This document shows, piece after piece, positions 1-8,026 of a DNA stretch of 31,219 nucleotides. The stretch spans positions 1-31,219 of IMG/VR virus record IMGVR_UViG_3300026263_000005. One strand, written 5' to 3'. Within the stretch, counting starts at the first letter, position 1, and each line of letters begins with the position of its first letter. This stretch comes from a virus (lineage: Duplodnaviria; Caudoviricetes). Below the pieces are notes generated by a model. It was not told the DNA's origin and did no database searches. It saw nothing but the letters and a program-made list of their open reading frames with translations. Position numbers and translations under genes: made by a program.

Positions 1-3
1 CCG

Positions 4-165
4 ATGAAGATTACTCAAAAGATTATTGATGACCTCACTGAGGCATTAGCACATACCAAGAAGGATGGTACTGAGAACTGGAAAGATGGAGATGAAATAG
101 ATGTCTGTCTTGCTGGTACATTTGCAGCAGATAAATTTATTACATTAATCAATAGATCTAAATGA
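4..165 (+). CDS. small hypothetical phage protein (53 aa, MKITQKIIDDLTEALAHTKKDGTENW...LINRSK); absent from the ORF track, may extend upstream of the window
   Basis: Manual translation: ATG at 4, open frame to TGA 163-165, which overlaps the next ATG (ATGA coupling). Confidence 0.7.
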   Translation: MKITQKIIDDLTEALAHTKKDGTENWKDGDEIDVCLAGTFAADKFITLINRSK

Positions 166-671
166 ACATAATCAGGGACTCTATCTCTAAGAAACTACAC
201 GATGAATTAAATACTGAGGTCAGATCTTTAGCAGGTCGTCAGGTTTGGTTGTCTAGTGCAGTAGACTGGTGTGATTCCATCAAGCAAGGTGTTCAGGGTA
301 GTACATTGACCACACCTATGCCTGCTGAGTTGGGTGATATGTTAACAGAAGAACTAAAGGATCACTTACCCCCTTACGATGAACTGAAGTACTCTTTTTA
401 TATTTGGCAAGCAAACTCTGGTATTGCCATGCATGATGATAATAACTATAAATTTAGTGGTACTCTCTATCTCAATGATGAGTGGTATCCACAATGGGGT
501 GGATTATATGTGTGGATAGATATGGATGCACCAGATGATGCTGTAGGGCATGCTTTATTACCTAAGGCTCGGACGTGTGTCCTAAATACTCAGAGTGAGT
601 ATCATATGGTAACCCCAGTGTCACCATATGCTCAAGCACCAAGATTTACAGTACAATTTAGAGCTCAATAG
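162..671 (+). CDS. 2OG-Fe(II) oxygenase (prolyl-4-hydroxylase-like)
   Basis: HxD (MHDD), TLYLNDEW..QWGG, distal His (YHMVTPV) and RxT (RFTVQ): facial-triad pattern of 2OG-Fe(II) dioxygenases. Confidence 0.85.
   Translation: MNIIRDSISKKLHDELNTEVRSLAGRQVWLSSAVDWCDSIKQGVQGSTLTTPMPAELGDMLTEELKDHLPPYDELKYSFYIWQANSGIAMHDDNNYKFSGTLYLNDEWYPQWGGLYVWIDMDAPDDAVGHALLPKARTCVLNTQSEYHMVTPVSPYAQAPRFTVQFRAQ
582..588 (+). promoter_or_regulatory. possible late promoter variant CTAAATA upstream of the large structural gene
   Basis: CTAAATA about 80 nt before GTG 671; resembles the T4 late TATAAATA core but lies in coding sequence. Confidence 0.3.
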
Positions 672-3600
672 TGTTAGGTCATACATGTTATAGTTCTGGT
701 CCGATTCCACTCCTACCAGACGGTGCAATACCTGGTCAGAATCCTGCTCAATCTCAGGGCACACCTCCACCAGTACCTGTCACGCAGCCTGGTGCAGAGA
801 TTAGAACCATAGTTGGTACATGTTATGGTCCTGCTTTACCTTTAACACCATCAATAGATATACCTCCTTATAGACAGGGAGAACAAGCACCTCCACCTAC
901 CATAGATCCTGGCGAAACTATAAGGACTATCGTAGCGAGATGTTATCCACCTATAACTCCTGATCCACCTGGTCCACCACCAGATGGTCCACCACCACCT
1001 ATTATAGAGATACCTAATTTCTGTGACATCATACCTTGGGCAGACTTGGGTTTAGATGTACCATCTTTCTGTGGTGAGTTAGATATTATAATTAAACCAC
1101 CTTTTCCATCACCTGAACTACCTCCATGGTGGGGAAAGGGTGCTGACTGTAAGCGTTTAGCACCACTGTTGGATATGGATCCACCTGCTGCACGTAAGCA
1201 TGAAGATTGGAACCAAGGTGCAGAGCAACCACCAGACGGTAAGAAGTATGTCTGGGTTGTGCTTAGAGACTATGGAGAAGGTGCATATGCAGTACGTAAG
1301 GGTGAAGAATTAGTATGTGACAACGAACAGCACCCACTAAACCCTCCATGGGGTAAGTGTGTAGAGGATGCTATCGAGTGTCTCTTTAAACCATATGTTA
1401 CTGGTACATGGAGACCACCTACTGCTAACTGTGAGACATATTACTTTAGAGGTCAGAACTCTACTACAGGTCAGATTTGTGTTAAGAACTGCTTCCCAAA
1501 TCGTATGCCTATCTATGAGTACAGAAAAGGTGCTCCAGTAGGTAACATACAGATCATGCCTTTTGGTAGAGGATTCCATAACCGTAGGTTTGTTACTACT
1601 AGAGCAGATGGTTCATGGAATGAAAGAAAGGTACGTTGTGAAGGTGGTAACGCAGTCTTTAATAGTACTAGTACACAGACACAAACTTTTACTGCCAATG
1701 GATTGACTATCACTGTCAAGGTCACACCTATAGATGATGGTGGTGAGTATGATAGTAGATGGTGGGTTGAGTCATGGTCAGGAACCATGCCTGCTATTGG
1801 TACTACATGGGAACACTCATGGAATGCTGGTAAAGGTACAGTATATGTAAAGGTCACTGTTGTTGATGGTGCTGACAGTGGACAAGATCATAGTTATGGT
1901 AGAGAGATGGTAGCACCTGCAGGGTATGATCGTGTTCATACTGGACCTGCTTTCCATATCTTACAGTACCCTGAGAGGGGCACAGTGCCTCTGTATAAGT
2001 TCTATAGTCCTACGACTGTAGATACTTTCCTTACGACCAATCCAGGTGCTCCAGACACCGAAGGTGCTGGTGAGAGAGCGACTATGAATGCTGCTGGCAT
2101 GTCACAAGGTGAGATATTAGGGTATGCCTTTAAGAATAAAGAGGATGCCATTGCATACTTGGGTGAAGACGAACAGATAGTGGAATTGCATAGGTATTTT
2201 GCTAACTCTGTTACTAACAGTGCATATAATGATCACATGTACTCCATTGTGGAGCAGGGCACTGAGACTCCTCCCAAGTATGGAAAGCGTCAGACATATA
2301 GACTACCCACTAACCCTAAGACTTCATACATCGTTTCATATAAGATGATGAAGCCTGCTGCTTCTTATAAGAACTCATGGGGTGTTGTTATACACAATAA
2401 AGAGTGTACTGAGATCTACTGGACTAAGACCATCGAGTCTAATGTTAACCAGAACAGTGAGTTCAGACAGTTTGAGGTTCCATTGTCTGTTCTTAAGACA
2501 CATCCTGGTCAGGAGATGGGATTCTATCTCATACCTGATGGGCATGACTATAGTGTAACTAATAACGATGCACCTCAGTTCTATGCGTCTGGTGATGGAT
2601 GGAAGAGGACAGGAGGTAGTGCTCAGAGTGATTGGGTGTTCTTCTCTGATCCTCAGATGAATCCAGGTAATAGAAATAAGACCAAGTGGGTAGGTAACAA
2701 CTGGCAGTGGTGGGAAGACTTACTTGCTGGTGATGATGACTACGATGACTTTAAGGTACACTATGAGGTATTAGCAGGAGGCGGTGCCTATTATTATGAG
2801 GGTGTACAGTGCTATGTCTTTGCAGATCCTGCACCAGAGAAGATAATGATTGATATAGTTGAGAAGGATAAGTGTTCTACTAATATATTTGATGGTACTT
2901 TTGATGATGTACTGTTGACCAGATCAGATTGTGGTCCACTAGCACCACCTACTACATGGACTGCAGAGAGTTCTATCATGGGATGTGGTACATGTACTGG
3001 TGACTATGTAATGGACATGCATAGGGAGCAGACACTGAAGGTACTGAAGGGTGCTAGTCTGCAACTGAAATCATTTGGTTGTCTTATCTCTGCACCTGAG
3101 CAAGAGTGTATGACCTTCAGGTTCCTTGTTAAGAAGAATGGTAGTAACGTAGTGGATGAGACCTATGAGTTAGCAACGTTCCCCTTTGTTGGTATGGATA
3201 TAGGTAACGCTTTTAGTGTTGCTAAGGATGACACTGTAACCTTTAGGTTGGAATCGATTGATTCTGGTCCTTACTTCGGCAATGCATCTGCTAACTTTAT
3301 ATTCCTGGCAAATGGTGCTGAGTTCAGTGGGTCATGGTCTGCTAGGTTGGGTACTATATCTGCTGATGATAAGATTGCTGGTCGTGCTGAGACCTATTCT
3401 AGTAACCCTTATGGTGGTGGATCTATTAAGAAGATGTCTGTTGAGGTATGGGATCATGAGAAGTCAGAGTGGAGTCCTGCTGTTACTGTCTGGGATAATG
3501 GACAACAGAATACTAATAATGCTAATGGTCAGACAGCAGATTGGTCTAATGTATACTTCAGTGGCAACACTTGGAACTGTTCTGGTTTAGACCCATGTCC

Positions 3601-4438
3601 TGCACCATACTATGAGAATGGTACGACAGATCGTAATGGTCATGTACTTACTACTCGTATCAATGCTAATGGTCAGACTACTACTGATGGTATCCAGTAT
3701 GACAAATTATTTGGACACTCACGTGGTCTGATTATGAAGGCTGCTGAACCTAATGTTAGGAACACCAGTGACCTAGGTAACATGACTGATTGGGTACATC
3801 ATTCTATAGGTGACGGTTATACCTCATGGTTTAATAACAAACAGTTACAGAAGGCAGGTAATGCACAAGATGCTATCAATGACATAGATGCTGTGTATTC
3901 AGCAGGTATACAGGCATGGAACGGTGGTGTCAGTGGGTCTGCATACAATGGATCCTATAGTAAGATGGCATTCTTCCATGACTACGTACTAGGTGCTGCA
4001 TTGGATGGTACATATAGAACCTTGGTACAACCAACAGGTAAGGTACGCATGGCATTCTGGCCCTATGCTGACGAGGGTGATGCAAGTGCAAGAGATAGGT
4101 GGGGTTGTGCTATAGAACTATTCGGTTTGGTTGATGCTGGCAATCACTATAGACAAGGAGACCAATTTGAGTTAGTATGGCCACCTAGGCAACCAAAAGA
4201 CACTGCTTATCAAGCACTGCCTGGTACTACTCCTTACTATCCTAAGGATGATCCCGCTTATTCTTTCCCTGACAGGTTAGAGTTATTGGTACGGGGAGAG
4301 AATAATCCAGAGCAGTTCACACCTAGAGAAGCATTCTATCAAGAGTCACATAACAGAGACTCTAACGTCTGGTTACTCTGTCAGCATAAGCTAGATAGAG
4401 TTAAGTTTAGAATCACCATTGATGAGATTACAACATGA
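671..4438 (+). CDS. large putative virion structural protein (1255 aa): Pro/Cys-rich N-terminus, DUF5648-like repeats, DUF4114-like motif
   Basis: Long ORF, GTG overlapping upstream TAG. Pro-rich first ~150 aa; VPLYKFYSPTTVDTFLT and LHRYF..DHMY segments; acidic WEDLLAGDDDYDDF motif; Gly/Asn/Thr-rich beta-type C-terminus. Confidence 0.65.
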   Translation: MLGHTCYSSGPIPLLPDGAIPGQNPAQSQGTPPPVPVTQPGAEIRTIVGTCYGPALPLTPSIDIPPYRQGEQAPPPTIDPGETIRTIVARCYPPITPDPPGPPPDGPPPPIIEIPNFCDIIPWADLGLDVPSFCGELDIIIKPPFPSPELPPWWGKGADCKRLAPLLDMDPPAARKHEDWNQGAEQPPDGKKYVWVVLRDYGEGAYAVRKGEELVCDNEQHPLNPPWGKCVEDAIECLFKPYVTGTWRPPTANCETYYFRGQNSTTGQICVKNCFPNRMPIYEYRKGAPVGNIQIMPFGRGFHNRRFVTTRADGSWNERKVRCEGGNAVFNSTSTQTQTFTANGLTITVKVTPIDDGGEYDSRWWVESWSGTMPAIGTTWEHSWNAGKGTVYVKVTVVDGADSGQDHSYGREMVAPAGYDRVHTGPAFHILQYPERGTVPLYKFYSPTTVDTFLTTNPGAPDTEGAGERATMNAAGMSQGEILGYAFKNKEDAIAYLGEDEQIVELHRYFANSVTNSAYNDHMYSIVEQGTETPPKYGKRQTYRLPTNPKTSYIVSYKMMKPAASYKNSWGVVIHNKECTEIYWTKTIESNVNQNSEFRQFEVPLSVLKTHPGQEMGFYLIPDGHDYSVTNNDAPQFYASGDGWKRTGGSAQSDWVFFSDPQMNPGNRNKTKWVGNNWQWWEDLLAGDDDYDDFKVHYEVLAGGGAYYYEGVQCYVFADPAPEKIMIDIVEKDKCSTNIFDGTFDDVLLTRSDCGPLAPPTTWTAESSIMGCGTCTGDYVMDMHREQTLKVLKGASLQLKSFGCLISAPEQECMTFRFLVKKNGSNVVDETYELATFPFVGMDIGNAFSVAKDDTVTFRLESIDSGPYFGNASANFIFLANGAEFSGSWSARLGTISADDKIAGRAETYSSNPYGGGSIKKMSVEVWDHEKSEWSPAVTVWDNGQQNTNNANGQTADWSNVYFSGNTWNCSGLDPCPAPYYENGTTDRNGHVLTTRINANGQTTTDGIQYDKLFGHSRGLIMKAAEPNVRNTSDLGNMTDWVHHSIGDGYTSWFNNKQLQKAGNAQDAINDIDAVYSAGIQAWNGGVSGSAYNGSYSKMAFFHDYVLGAALDGTYRTLVQPTGKVRMAFWPYADEGDASARDRWGCAIELFGLVDAGNHYRQGDQFELVWPPRQPKDTAYQALPGTTPYYPKDDPAYSFPDRLELLVRGENNPEQFTPREAFYQESHNRDSNVWLLCQHKLDRVKFRITIDEITT
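788..952 (+). repeat. two 15-codon peptide repeats PG(AE/ET)IRTIV(GT/AR)CY(G/P)P
   Basis: 788-832 encodes PGAEIRTIVGTCYGP and 908-952 encodes PGETIRTIVARCYPP, 120 nt apart. Confidence 0.85.
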
Positions 4439-4770
4439 GTAACGCTGAAGGATTTGGACCGAAGGCAACTAAGGCAGATAGAGATCTTTATAAGTCTGCT
4501 AGAGAGTTGTCTGCTATTCATAAGGTGCTTAGGAAGCATCCACAGGACAATGCTGGTCGTCGTAAGATGTTAAAGCAACTGAAGAGGTACTATCGTGGTC
4601 CTCTTGCTGAACTAGATCGTATTGATATGAAGGAACCTACCTTCCCCAAAGATGCTGAGTGGATGAAGACAGATGAGGAACTAGAAGAGATAGAGCAAGA
4701 ACAGAAGGTTCAGATTAATACAGATAAACTTCGTCAATCATTGGGTAAAGATGTTCCAGAAACTAATTAA
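4435..4770 (+). CDS. hypothetical protein, basic N-half and acidic C-half
   Basis: ATGA overlap with upstream gene; N-terminal GFG motif often seen in small cyanophage proteins. Confidence 0.75.
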   Translation: MSNAEGFGPKATKADRDLYKSARELSAIHKVLRKHPQDNAGRRKMLKQLKRYYRGPLAELDRIDMKEPTFPKDAEWMKTDEELEEIEQEQKVQINTDKLRQSLGKDVPETN

Positions 4771-5311
4771 TCCTAAGACTGAGACCTATAAGTTAGTTAA
4801 GGAGTTCACATTATCACCAGAGTTTCCATGGTTCTATGTGGAGAATGCTACACCACAGGATGTATCTAACGATGAGTTCCAGACTGTACCATTCTATAGT
4901 CATGTACTGATAGCAAGACCTAAGTGGCAGGGTATAGGTGGTAACTATATGTTCCCTGAACCTCAGTCAGAGCATTTAACACAGTTCTATCCTCTATTAG
5001 AGGAGATTATAGTTGCGAATGAGATACCAGTCACCACATTGCTCAGATATAATGTGAACTGTACTCATCCACAGGAAGATGATCGGTTATCCACACCACA
5101 CTTCGATCATCCCTATCCTCACAAGAATATAGTCGTATATCTCCAAGGCGAAGGTGACACAGTTTGTTTCCCAGATGGAGTTGACCCTTCATGGTCAAAT
5201 GCTGACAGTTTCAGTCCAGAAGAGGATGATGTGCTATTATTACAGGGACTACACTGCATGAGACCACCTGAAACAGGAAGGAGGATTATTCTAGTTGCTA
5301 CATTCCTTTAA
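4751..5311 (+). CDS. 2OG-Fe(II) oxygenase-like protein
   Basis: FPWFY N-terminal motif, PHFDH (HxD), VVYL..GDT, distal LHC and RIIL. Confidence 0.75.
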   Translation: MFQKLINPKTETYKLVKEFTLSPEFPWFYVENATPQDVSNDEFQTVPFYSHVLIARPKWQGIGGNYMFPEPQSEHLTQFYPLLEEIIVANEIPVTTLLRYNVNCTHPQEDDRLSTPHFDHPYPHKNIVVYLQGEGDTVCFPDGVDPSWSNADSFSPEEDDVLLLQGLHCMRPPETGRRIILVATFL

Positions 5312-5328
5312 AGTTTTCCCAAGTTCAC

Positions 5329-5349
5329 CCAGTTTCTCAACTGGCACAC
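5329..5349. promoter_or_regulatory. inverted repeat CCAGTT-N4-AACTGG(CACAC) abutting the -35 box
   Basis: ccagtt 5329-5334, tctc, aactgg 5339-5344, directly upstream of TTGACA. Confidence 0.55.
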
Positions 5350-5383
5350 TTGACAAGATTTTAAAAGTTTGCTACTATAAATA
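5350..5383 (+). promoter_or_regulatory. overlapping sigma70-like promoter (TTGACA-N17-TACTAT) and T4 late promoter (TATAAATA)
   Basis: TTGACA 5350-5355, TACTAT 5373-5378, TATAAATA 5376-5383, all intergenic. Confidence 0.85.
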
Positions 5384-5388
5384 ACTCA

Positions 5389-5516
5389 ACGTGAAGGACG
5401 CTTTACGTATCTTAACACTCCGAATGTCTCAATTACTCACGCTAGGTGTTGTCAAGGAAGCCTCAAACGGATCTAGTCGAAGATCCTAACATCCGTAGGT
5501 TAATCTCTACGAGACA
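5389..5516 (+). ncRNA. candidate structured cis-regulatory 5' leader RNA
   Basis: Stems 5389-5396/5401-5408, 5414-5419/5445-5450, 5469-5474/5481-5486, 5494-5498/5507-5511; long-range 5425-5430/5511-5516. About 145 nt leader in an otherwise gap-free region. Confidence 0.55.
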
Positions 5517-5529
5517 CTTAACTACTATT

Positions 5530-5916
5530 ATGTCTATTAAATCAACAATCGCTGCTATTGCAGCAAGCCCATTTCTACTCGCTGGAGCCGCTTTTGCTGG
5601 TCCTTATGTGAACGTAGAAAGCAACCTCTCTTATCCAGATGGAGACTACTCTGCAGCAACTACTGACGTTCACGTTGGGTATGAAGGTGGAGAAGGACAA
5701 CTAGGATATTATGTCCAAGCTGGTCCAGCATTCGTACATAGCGAAACTGATTCTGATACAGAAACAGAATTCTCTGGTAAAGTTGGTCTTAACGTAGCTG
5801 CTACTGAATCTCTTGGAGTATACGGCGAAATCGCTGGTATCTCTAATGGCGAAGACAGTGGTGGAGACACCATCATTGACTGGGGTGCTAAAGTTGGTGC
5901 TAAGTTCACTTTCTGA
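5530..5916 (+). CDS. small outer-membrane beta-barrel (porin-like) protein with signal peptide, 128 aa
   Basis: Signal peptide MSIKSTIAAIAASPFLLAGAAFA, alternating amphipathic strands, C-terminal GAKFTF ending in Phe. ATG 5530 preferred to GTG 5446. Confidence 0.8.
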   Translation: MSIKSTIAAIAASPFLLAGAAFAGPYVNVESNLSYPDGDYSAATTDVHVGYEGGEGQLGYYVQAGPAFVHSETDSDTETEFSGKVGLNVAATESLGVYGEIAGISNGEDSGGDTIIDWGAKVGAKFTF

Positions 5917-5940
5917 TCACTTATCAATATAAACTAAATA

Positions 5941-5964
5941 GGGTGTCTCATGACACCCTTTTTT
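5941..5964 (+). terminator. rho-independent terminator
   Basis: GGGTGTC-TCAT-GACACCC followed by T6. Confidence 0.85.
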
Positions 5965-5980
5965 ATTGGAGAACAAACAT

Positions 5981-6229
5981 ATGGCAAATCCTGGTGGTAC
6001 TGTAATCTACACCCGTGGTGGGTGTCCCTATTGCGTTAAGGTAAAAGAGGTGTATAATGCTAAGGGGTGGCCCTTTAGAGAGTACACTTTAGGTAATCAG
6101 TTCACACGTGAACAGTTTAAACAGGAGTTTGGTCAACAGGCAACCTTCCCACAGGTACTCATCAACGGTCAACGAATTGGTGGATGTACTGAGACAATCA
6201 AATTTTTAAGGGAGACAAAGCAACTCTGA
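5981..6229 (+). CDS. grx: glutaredoxin
   Basis: CPYC active site, TFPQV and IGGC motifs; GGAG at 5968-5971 before ATG 5981. Confidence 0.92.
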   Translation: MANPGGTVIYTRGGCPYCVKVKEVYNAKGWPFREYTLGNQFTREQFKQEFGQQATFPQVLINGQRIGGCTETIKFLRETKQL

Positions 6230-6606
6230 TGTCTAATTATGATCCTGATAATGAAGCCCTTTACTCTTTGTTAGATAAGGCGATTGATACTGCAATGATC
6301 CAACAGAAGTTTCTCTTTAACATGAGGAAATATTTGGAGGATCATTCTTATACTCGTAAACAGACGAAAGAATTGTTAGAATCTTCAGTTATGGAGGAGG
6401 TCGTTACTAATACTGGTGATCTCAATGGGTACCTAGATGGTGACAAGCAATGTAAAGAAGCATATGGTCATATAAAGAAGGTACAGGTGGTTAAGATTCG
6501 TAATTATCTTGCCAAGATAACAACGGATGTTCATGAGTACTATGCTCATCGAAAACCAGGCAGACCTAAAGGTTCTAAAAACAAGAAGAAGAAGGCATCT
6601 AAATAA
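6229..6606 (+). CDS. hypothetical protein with C-terminal AT-hook-like basic tail
   Basis: TGATG overlap with grx; ends RKPGRPKGSKNKKKKASK. Confidence 0.75.
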   Translation: MSNYDPDNEALYSLLDKAIDTAMIQQKFLFNMRKYLEDHSYTRKQTKELLESSVMEEVVTNTGDLNGYLDGDKQCKEAYGHIKKVQVVKIRNYLAKITTDVHEYYAHRKPGRPKGSKNKKKKASK

Positions 6607-6628
6607 AAAAAAGTAAGGGAGTATCCGT

Positions 6629-6871
6629 ATGGAACATTTAGATTTTTTATACATTTCCCTCTTTCTAACACTCGGAAGCTTCCTACTAGGGTTTCTAGTA
6701 GCATGGAACATCAGAGCAGTCTATGATTCATGGGTTGCTAGGGCAGATTATGCTGCTATGGTTATGCATCCTGAGATGTATGACGAACATGGCGCATTAA
6801 TTAATCCTGACGAGTTGATGTACTTGCGTATTGCTGACGATGATGATACAATTGATGATGACGATGAGTAA
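6629..6871 (+). CDS. small membrane protein, DUF2973-like
   Basis: One N-terminal hydrophobic helix, MHPEMYDEHG motif, acidic tail; GGGAG upstream. Confidence 0.6.
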   Translation: MEHLDFLYISLFLTLGSFLLGFLVAWNIRAVYDSWVARADYAAMVMHPEMYDEHGALINPDELMYLRIADDDDTIDDDDE

Positions 6872-6874
6872 ACT

Positions 6875-7306
6875 ATGAAATTATTGATTTCTGAGGTGCT
6901 CCAGAAGGCACACAATGCCAAGACAAAGGCAGAGAAGGTAAAGATTTTACGTGAGAATAAAACAGATGCATTGATGTCTGTCTTTATTATTAACTATGAT
7001 GAATCTGTTGTCTCTCTACTACCTGAAGGCAATGTACCTTTCCGAGAGAACGAAGCACCCGAAGGTACTGAACATACCAAACTGGAACATGAAGCGAGAC
7101 TTCTATTCCATTTCTTTAAAGGTGGGTCGAAATTACCTGGTCTTAAAAGAGAGACTATGTTTATCCAGATGCTAGAAGGTTTACATCCTTCTGAATCACA
7201 AGTTATTATCCTTGCTAAGGATAAGAAACTTAATACCAAGTATAAAGTAACCAAAGCCTGTGTAACGGAGGCATTCCCAGAGATTACATGGGGCGGCAGG
7301 TCATGA
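6875..7306 (+). CDS. conserved T4-like cyanophage protein (DUF6433-like)
   Basis: LISEVL, LPEG.VP and RE.MFIQMLEGLHP.E motifs recognised from cyanomyophage proteins. Confidence 0.65.
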   Translation: MKLLISEVLQKAHNAKTKAEKVKILRENKTDALMSVFIINYDESVVSLLPEGNVPFRENEAPEGTEHTKLEHEARLLFHFFKGGSKLPGLKRETMFIQMLEGLHPSESQVIILAKDKKLNTKYKVTKACVTEAFPEITWGGRS

Positions 7307-7584
7307 ACCTCAAGATACTAGTGCAAGAATGCACTGATGAGGACGTGGCAGATAAGAAACTACCAGTCCATTCATATGTGGTATCATATGTGAAGGAGGA
7401 TAAAGTTTGTCGTGACATTGTACTCGCTGGTAGTAAAGGAACGGTAGAGATTTTTGATCACTACTGGGACCTCTACAAGGAGGGGTTACAAGGTTGGCAA
7501 CAAACTAATGGTCGTGTACCAGTGAGTAGATGGAACAATCAACGCAAGGTGGATGAGAAACCAAAACCCAAAAGGAAAAAATGA
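7303..7584 (+). CDS. hypothetical protein
   Basis: ATG 7303 in ATGA overlap; IFDHYWDLY motif; basic C-terminus. Confidence 0.7.
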   Translation: MNLKILVQECTDEDVADKKLPVHSYVVSYVKEDKVCRDIVLAGSKGTVEIFDHYWDLYKEGLQGWQQTNGRVPVSRWNNQRKVDEKPKPKRKK

Positions 7585-7805
7585 CTGAGATGAATGACAA
7601 TTGGAAGGTGATGAGTGATCTAGAGGTTGCATTTTCTGAGATCACTACATTTAATTTTATGCTGGAACAACTACAGGAGGCAGTAGACAATAGTAGGACT
7701 AATGAAATTGTAGACCTTACACTTGCACTTAATGCTTTCATGCCTGTTTATACTGATAATTGGGACAGGAAATTTAGAGACGCATGGGATCAGGTAGTAA
7801 AATGA
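7581..7805 (+). CDS. hypothetical protein
   Basis: ATGA-coupled on both sides. Confidence 0.7.
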   Translation: MTEMNDNWKVMSDLEVAFSEITTFNFMLEQLQEAVDNSRTNEIVDLTLALNAFMPVYTDNWDRKFRDAWDQVVK

Positions 7806-8026
7806 ATTCGATATATGATTTTGCAAAAGGTAATAAGACCGATGAGATCGACAAGGAGTCCAAGATCCTTGGAGCACAAGCTGCTACTGCGATCTTGGGT
7901 ATAATATTTGGACCTTTTGTAGTGTGGGCAGCATGGAATGTAGTGATGCCAGCACTCTTCGGACTACCTACTATTGGGTACGTCTATTCTTTAGCACTTT
8001 ATGTACTTGTTAAGACCCTGAAATGA
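7802..8026 (+). CDS. small membrane protein (two predicted TM helices)
   Basis: ATG 7802 in ATGA overlap; hydrophobic segments flanking WNVVMPALFGLPTI. Confidence 0.7.
   Translation: MNSIYDFAKGNKTDEIDKESKILGAQAATAILGIIFGPFVVWAAWNVVMPALFGLPTIGYVYSLALYVLVKTLK

Noticed and set aside
1337-3590. Antisense and alternate-frame ORFs inside the 1255-aa gene
   Set aside because: Shadow ORFs of a long coding region with no recognisable motifs.
5495-5510. NtcA-like site GTA...TAC in the leader
   Set aside because: Spacing is N10, not N8; better explained as an RNA hairpin.
5446-5529. 28-aa N-terminal extension of the beta-barrel ORF from GTG 5446
   Set aside because: The signal peptide begins at ATG 5530; the extension lies in the structured leader.
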